DNA of 63,399 bases, counting the filler, from Octopus bimaculoides (Eukaryota), in assembly GCF_001194135.2 (NCBI RefSeq). It is 6 parts of 6 records of this genome, joined end to end, with 100 filler letters (N's around TTAATTAATTAA, not from the genome) between each part and the next. Parts side by side here need not be neighbours in the genome. Positions count along the whole stretch, not along the records: positions 60,093 to 63,399 come from NC_068985.1; 5 more parts are not named here. One strand, 5' to 3'. How positions within the stretch are numbered: the first letter of the stretch is position 1; every line of letters begins with the position of its first letter. The position numbers and the translations under genes were made by a program. This document shows, one piece after another, positions 60,093 through 63,399 of this stretch. The notes beneath the pieces are model-generated. The model had not been told where the DNA came from. It worked only from the letters and a program-made list of their open reading frames with translations, and ran no database searches.

Positions 60093-60605
60093 ATCTTTTA
60101 TTCTTTTACTTATTTCAGTCATTTGACAGCGGCCATGCTGGAGCAGCGCCTTTAGTCGAACAGGACTTATTATTTGTAAGCCTAGTACTTATTCTATCGG
60201 TCTATTTTGCCGAACCGCTAAGTTACGGACACGGAAACACACAAACATCGGTTGCCAAGAGATGGTGGGGTGATAACCACAGGCACACAAATATATTATA
60301 CATACATATACATAGCCACTACACATTCTTTCTTTTCTCTCTTTGTTTCTTTCTGTGTTCCTTTCTGTGGAAAGCGTAGGCTTGAAACGTTAACAACTTT
60401 TTCACTTCCCGAGCGTTAATCTAATACATCTGTTTGTTATCTACACCACTGGTTTCTTTCAGTTCCTGTCTACCAAATACACTCACAAGGCTGTGGTCGG
60501 CCCGAAGTTATAGTAGAAGACACTTGCCCACAGTGCCACGCAGTGGGACCGAACGCGGAACCATGTGGTTGGGGAGCAAGCTTCTTACCACGCAGCCACG
60601 CCTAT
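60093..60605 (-). mobile_element. CORE-type SINE with an extra internal segment
   Basis: Reverse-complement copy of the 3655-4040 family, with about 150 bp of extra sequence after the internal TA run. Confidence 0.75.
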
Positions 60606-60689
60606 TGTTCACTTCGAATTACTGGAAAAAGGGAAAAGTATCTCTGTAGAACTTTATTATCGACAATTTGAACTTGTTGATCAGGTTTT

Positions 60690-60990
60690 GCTCAAAAAAA
60701 GAAGCAACCAGTTCTAGAAACAAGAAAGTGAGTCATCCTGCAACATGATAATGCAAGGCCACATTCAACGAAGGTATCCAAAGAAAGGATAAATTCATGG
60801 GGCTGTGAAGCTTTACCTCACCCCTGTCTATTCACCAGACCTTGCACCATCAGATTTTCACTTATTGAGATTACGCGAACACTTTACCAGCGGGGAAAAA
60901 AAAAATTGAGAAATTGGGACGATGTCAAAACGGCACTCCACTTATTATTTTTTCTCTTCTAAAGAACCTGTTTTTTTGGCTCGAGGAATC
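60690..60990 (+). mobile_element. mariner transposase remnant
   Basis: VILQHDNARPHSTKVSKERINSWGCEALPHP.YSPDLAPSDFHL. Confidence 0.85.
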
Positions 60991-61509
60991 AGTATACTGG
61001 TGCATGTCTGTACATGTAGAGAAAGAGAAATAAAATGAGAGAGAGAGAGAGAGAGAGAGAAAAGAAAAATAATAAATGAATGAAGGAAAAAAGGGAAAAA
61101 TAAAACTAAAGAGTGGGAGCAGGAAATAAACAAACCAGACCAGAAATAATTATTTTGAAAGGGAAAAAGAAATTATTTCCCACAAAAAAAAATAAGTAAA
61201 TAAAAATCATCCATTTTCTTCTCATCATGTAAAAGCTATCATTTCATAGTAAATATAAAAAAAAATATTCAGTTTACAGGTGAACCATTTGTTTTTGTTA
61301 GCGGTATTCTGTTTCACTTTTTATTAGAACATTGTTTCGTATTGAAACAGGTGAAGAATTTGTCCAAAAATTTGTCTAGTCTTATGATATATTCCGGAGA
61401 TGAATAATTTCAGATGTCAGCTAACACTGCAGACATATGTTAGTATTGAAAAATTGGGTTGTACAAGTTGCCATAATTATTGTTGTGGCTATTGATTGTT
61501 CTTGTTACC

Positions 61510-61510
61510 G

Positions 61511-61551
<41 letters not shown>

Positions 61552-61562
61552 GCTGCTGTTGC

Positions 61563-61602
<40 letters not shown>
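61510..61602. repeat. (GTT)n microsatellite next to a gap
   Basis: Direct reading. Confidence 0.95.
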
Positions 61603-62669
61603 GGGGTGGTAAGGGGTGGTGGTGGTGATGGNNNNNNNNNNNNNNNNNNNNNNNNNNNNNNNNNNNNNNNNNNNNNNNNNNNNNNNNNNNNNNNNNNNNN
61701 NNNNNNNNNNNNNNNNNNNNNNNNNNNNNNNNNNNNNNNNNNNNNNNNNNNNNNNNNNNNNNNNNNNNNNNNNNNNNNNNNNNNNNNNNNNNNNNNNNNN
61801 NNNNNNNNNNNNNNNNNNNNNNNNNNNNNNNNNNNNNNNNNNNNNNNNNNNNNNNNNNNNNNNNNNNNNNNNNNNNNNNNNNNNNNNNNNNNNNNNNNNN
61901 NNNNNNNNNNNNNNNNNNNNNNNNNNNNNNNNNNNNNNNNNNNNNNNNNNNNNNNNNNNNNNNNNNNNNNNNNNNNNNNNNNNNNNNNNNNNNNNNNNNN
62001 NNNNNNNNNNNNNNNNNNNNNNNNNNNNNNNNNNNNNNNNNNNNNNNNNNNNNNNNNNNNNNNNNNNNNNNNNNNNNNNNNNNNNNNNNNNNNNNNNNNN
62101 NNNNNNNNNNNNNNNNNNNNNNNNNNNNNNNNNNNNNNNNNNNNNNNNNNNNNNNNNNNNNNNNNNNNNNNNNNNNNNNNNNNNNNNNNNNNNNNNNNNN
62201 NNNNNNNNNNNNNNNGACAGCGCGTTGCAATCTTGAGCAAGACTCTTTAAGGCGGCGAGCAACCAGAATCATTTAAACGCCGTCGTCCGTGCTTACGTTC
62301 TGAGCTCAAATACCATCGAGGTCAGCTTTGCTTTTCATCTTTTCGGAGTCGATAAAACAAGTACCAGTTGATCACTGGGGTCGTTGTAATCGACTTCCCG
62401 CCTCCTCTTAAACGTACTGGTATTGTGCCAAAATTTGAAACCAATATGAGGAAATTTTAGCTGTTATTTTATAGCAAGCAGAGCGGCCCCGTTTGTTGTT
62501 TATCAACCATTAATTTATCCTTAAAATGAAATTTGTTCTACAAATTGATGAATGCAGTGATGTTAGCGGCCTAAAGGAGCTATTACATAAGTACCATATT
62601 TAATCGTAAGTCGAACCCCTAATTTTGTGTTACCTACCTACCACCTACCTACCTGTCTACTTACCTACC

Positions 62670-62990
62670 TAACTACCTACCGTCAACCACTTGTCTCCAG
62701 AGTGCCTTCTCCTACATTTTTCTTGGTCAGTTACTCTTCAGTAAACCAGAGTCTTCGAGGTGTTGGTTGATGAATGACCTGGCAGGATGACCCCAGCCCT
62801 CTAGGTTGCTTTCCATATGCTGGTTCCCACATCAGTATTTTGACTCACTATTTCATCCTTGTTACAAAAGTAGTATCCACAGAATCTCAATTTTCCTTCC
62901 TTTATGGTGGAGGTAACGCTTGGAAAATTACTACCAAAGAAAACATAGTGCGACTTATGCACGAGTAAATATGGTATATTTCTGAGTTGA
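62670..62990 (-). mobile_element. RTE LINE 3' fragment
   Basis: NFPSVTSTIKEGKLRFCGYYFCNKDEIVSQ.LMWEPAYGKQPRG. Confidence 0.7.
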
Positions 62991-63399
62991 TTTACAAGAG
63001 ATTTGATCTTGAACTAAAATAATTGGAACATGGTTGAGTTGTTAATACTATCAAGACATATAAACAGTGTTTATATATCTTGATAGATATATTTATTCAT
63101 CTTTTGTCTTTTATTTATTTCAGTCATTCTACTGCGGCCCTGCAGAGGCACCACCTTGAAGAGTTTTGTCAAACCTGTTTTAATTCTTAGCCGAGTGTGT
63201 GTGTGTTTTAATATTTTGCTTAGGCATTGCGAGACAAATAATATGGTATAGAATTCAATATACGTATTATTCAGAACAAAGTGTTAGACGAGTATAGAAC
63301 GGTAATGAGAAAATGAGATGACAAAGAAATAAACGTTTATCTTATGAACTTCATACACAACTGTATTGGCTTCCTCACTGGTAATCCGTTTCCCTATAT

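Noticed and set aside
61437-62272. Poly-Q, poly-N, poly-T, poly-C and poly-V ORFs
   Set aside because: These are translations of a (GTT)n microsatellite running into an N gap.
62881-62910. Apparent + strand micro-exon (CACAG|AATCTC...GAG|GTAACG)
   Set aside because: The opposite strand reads as an RTE LINE fragment (LRF.G...KDEI..LMWEP), so the splice-like signals are coincidental.

Overview
AT-rich, microsatellite- and transposon-dense animal DNA, most likely a coleoid cephalopod (Octopus). This is inferred from the tRNA-derived SINE families, RTE/CR1/Penelope remnants and intron-rich genes; no database search was possible. The window is not one contiguous locus. Five artificial 100-nt spacers (44 N + TTAATTAATTAA + 44 N) split it into six original scaffolds: 1-23659, 23760-26148, 26249-50550, 50651-56861, 56962-59992 and 60093-63399. 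Two partial protein-coding genes lie on the minus strand. One is five exons of a LIM-domain kinase (LIM-LIM-PDZ part, 50651-55331), with the last exon cut off at a spacer. The other is the last five exons of an SLC27A/FATP very-long-chain acyl-CoA synthetase ending in SKL (39211-48047). They abut across a spacer in compatible phase, so they could be misread as a fusion. The rest is degenerate mobile DNA: Tc1/mariner, two hAT transposases, MITEs, a Helentron-like element, CR1, RTE, RLE-type and Penelope remnants, and many SINEs. The most unusual items are: (1) a tRNA-headed SINE-like element with a Penelope-type minimal hammerhead ribozyme, present as an inverted pair in a LIMK intron; (2) SINE insertions flanked by direct repeats of about 150 bp and 65 bp; (3) a 2x2 shuffling of SINE cores and tails; (4) an RLE-type LINE end embedded in (TACA)n; and (5) several long inverted repeats.
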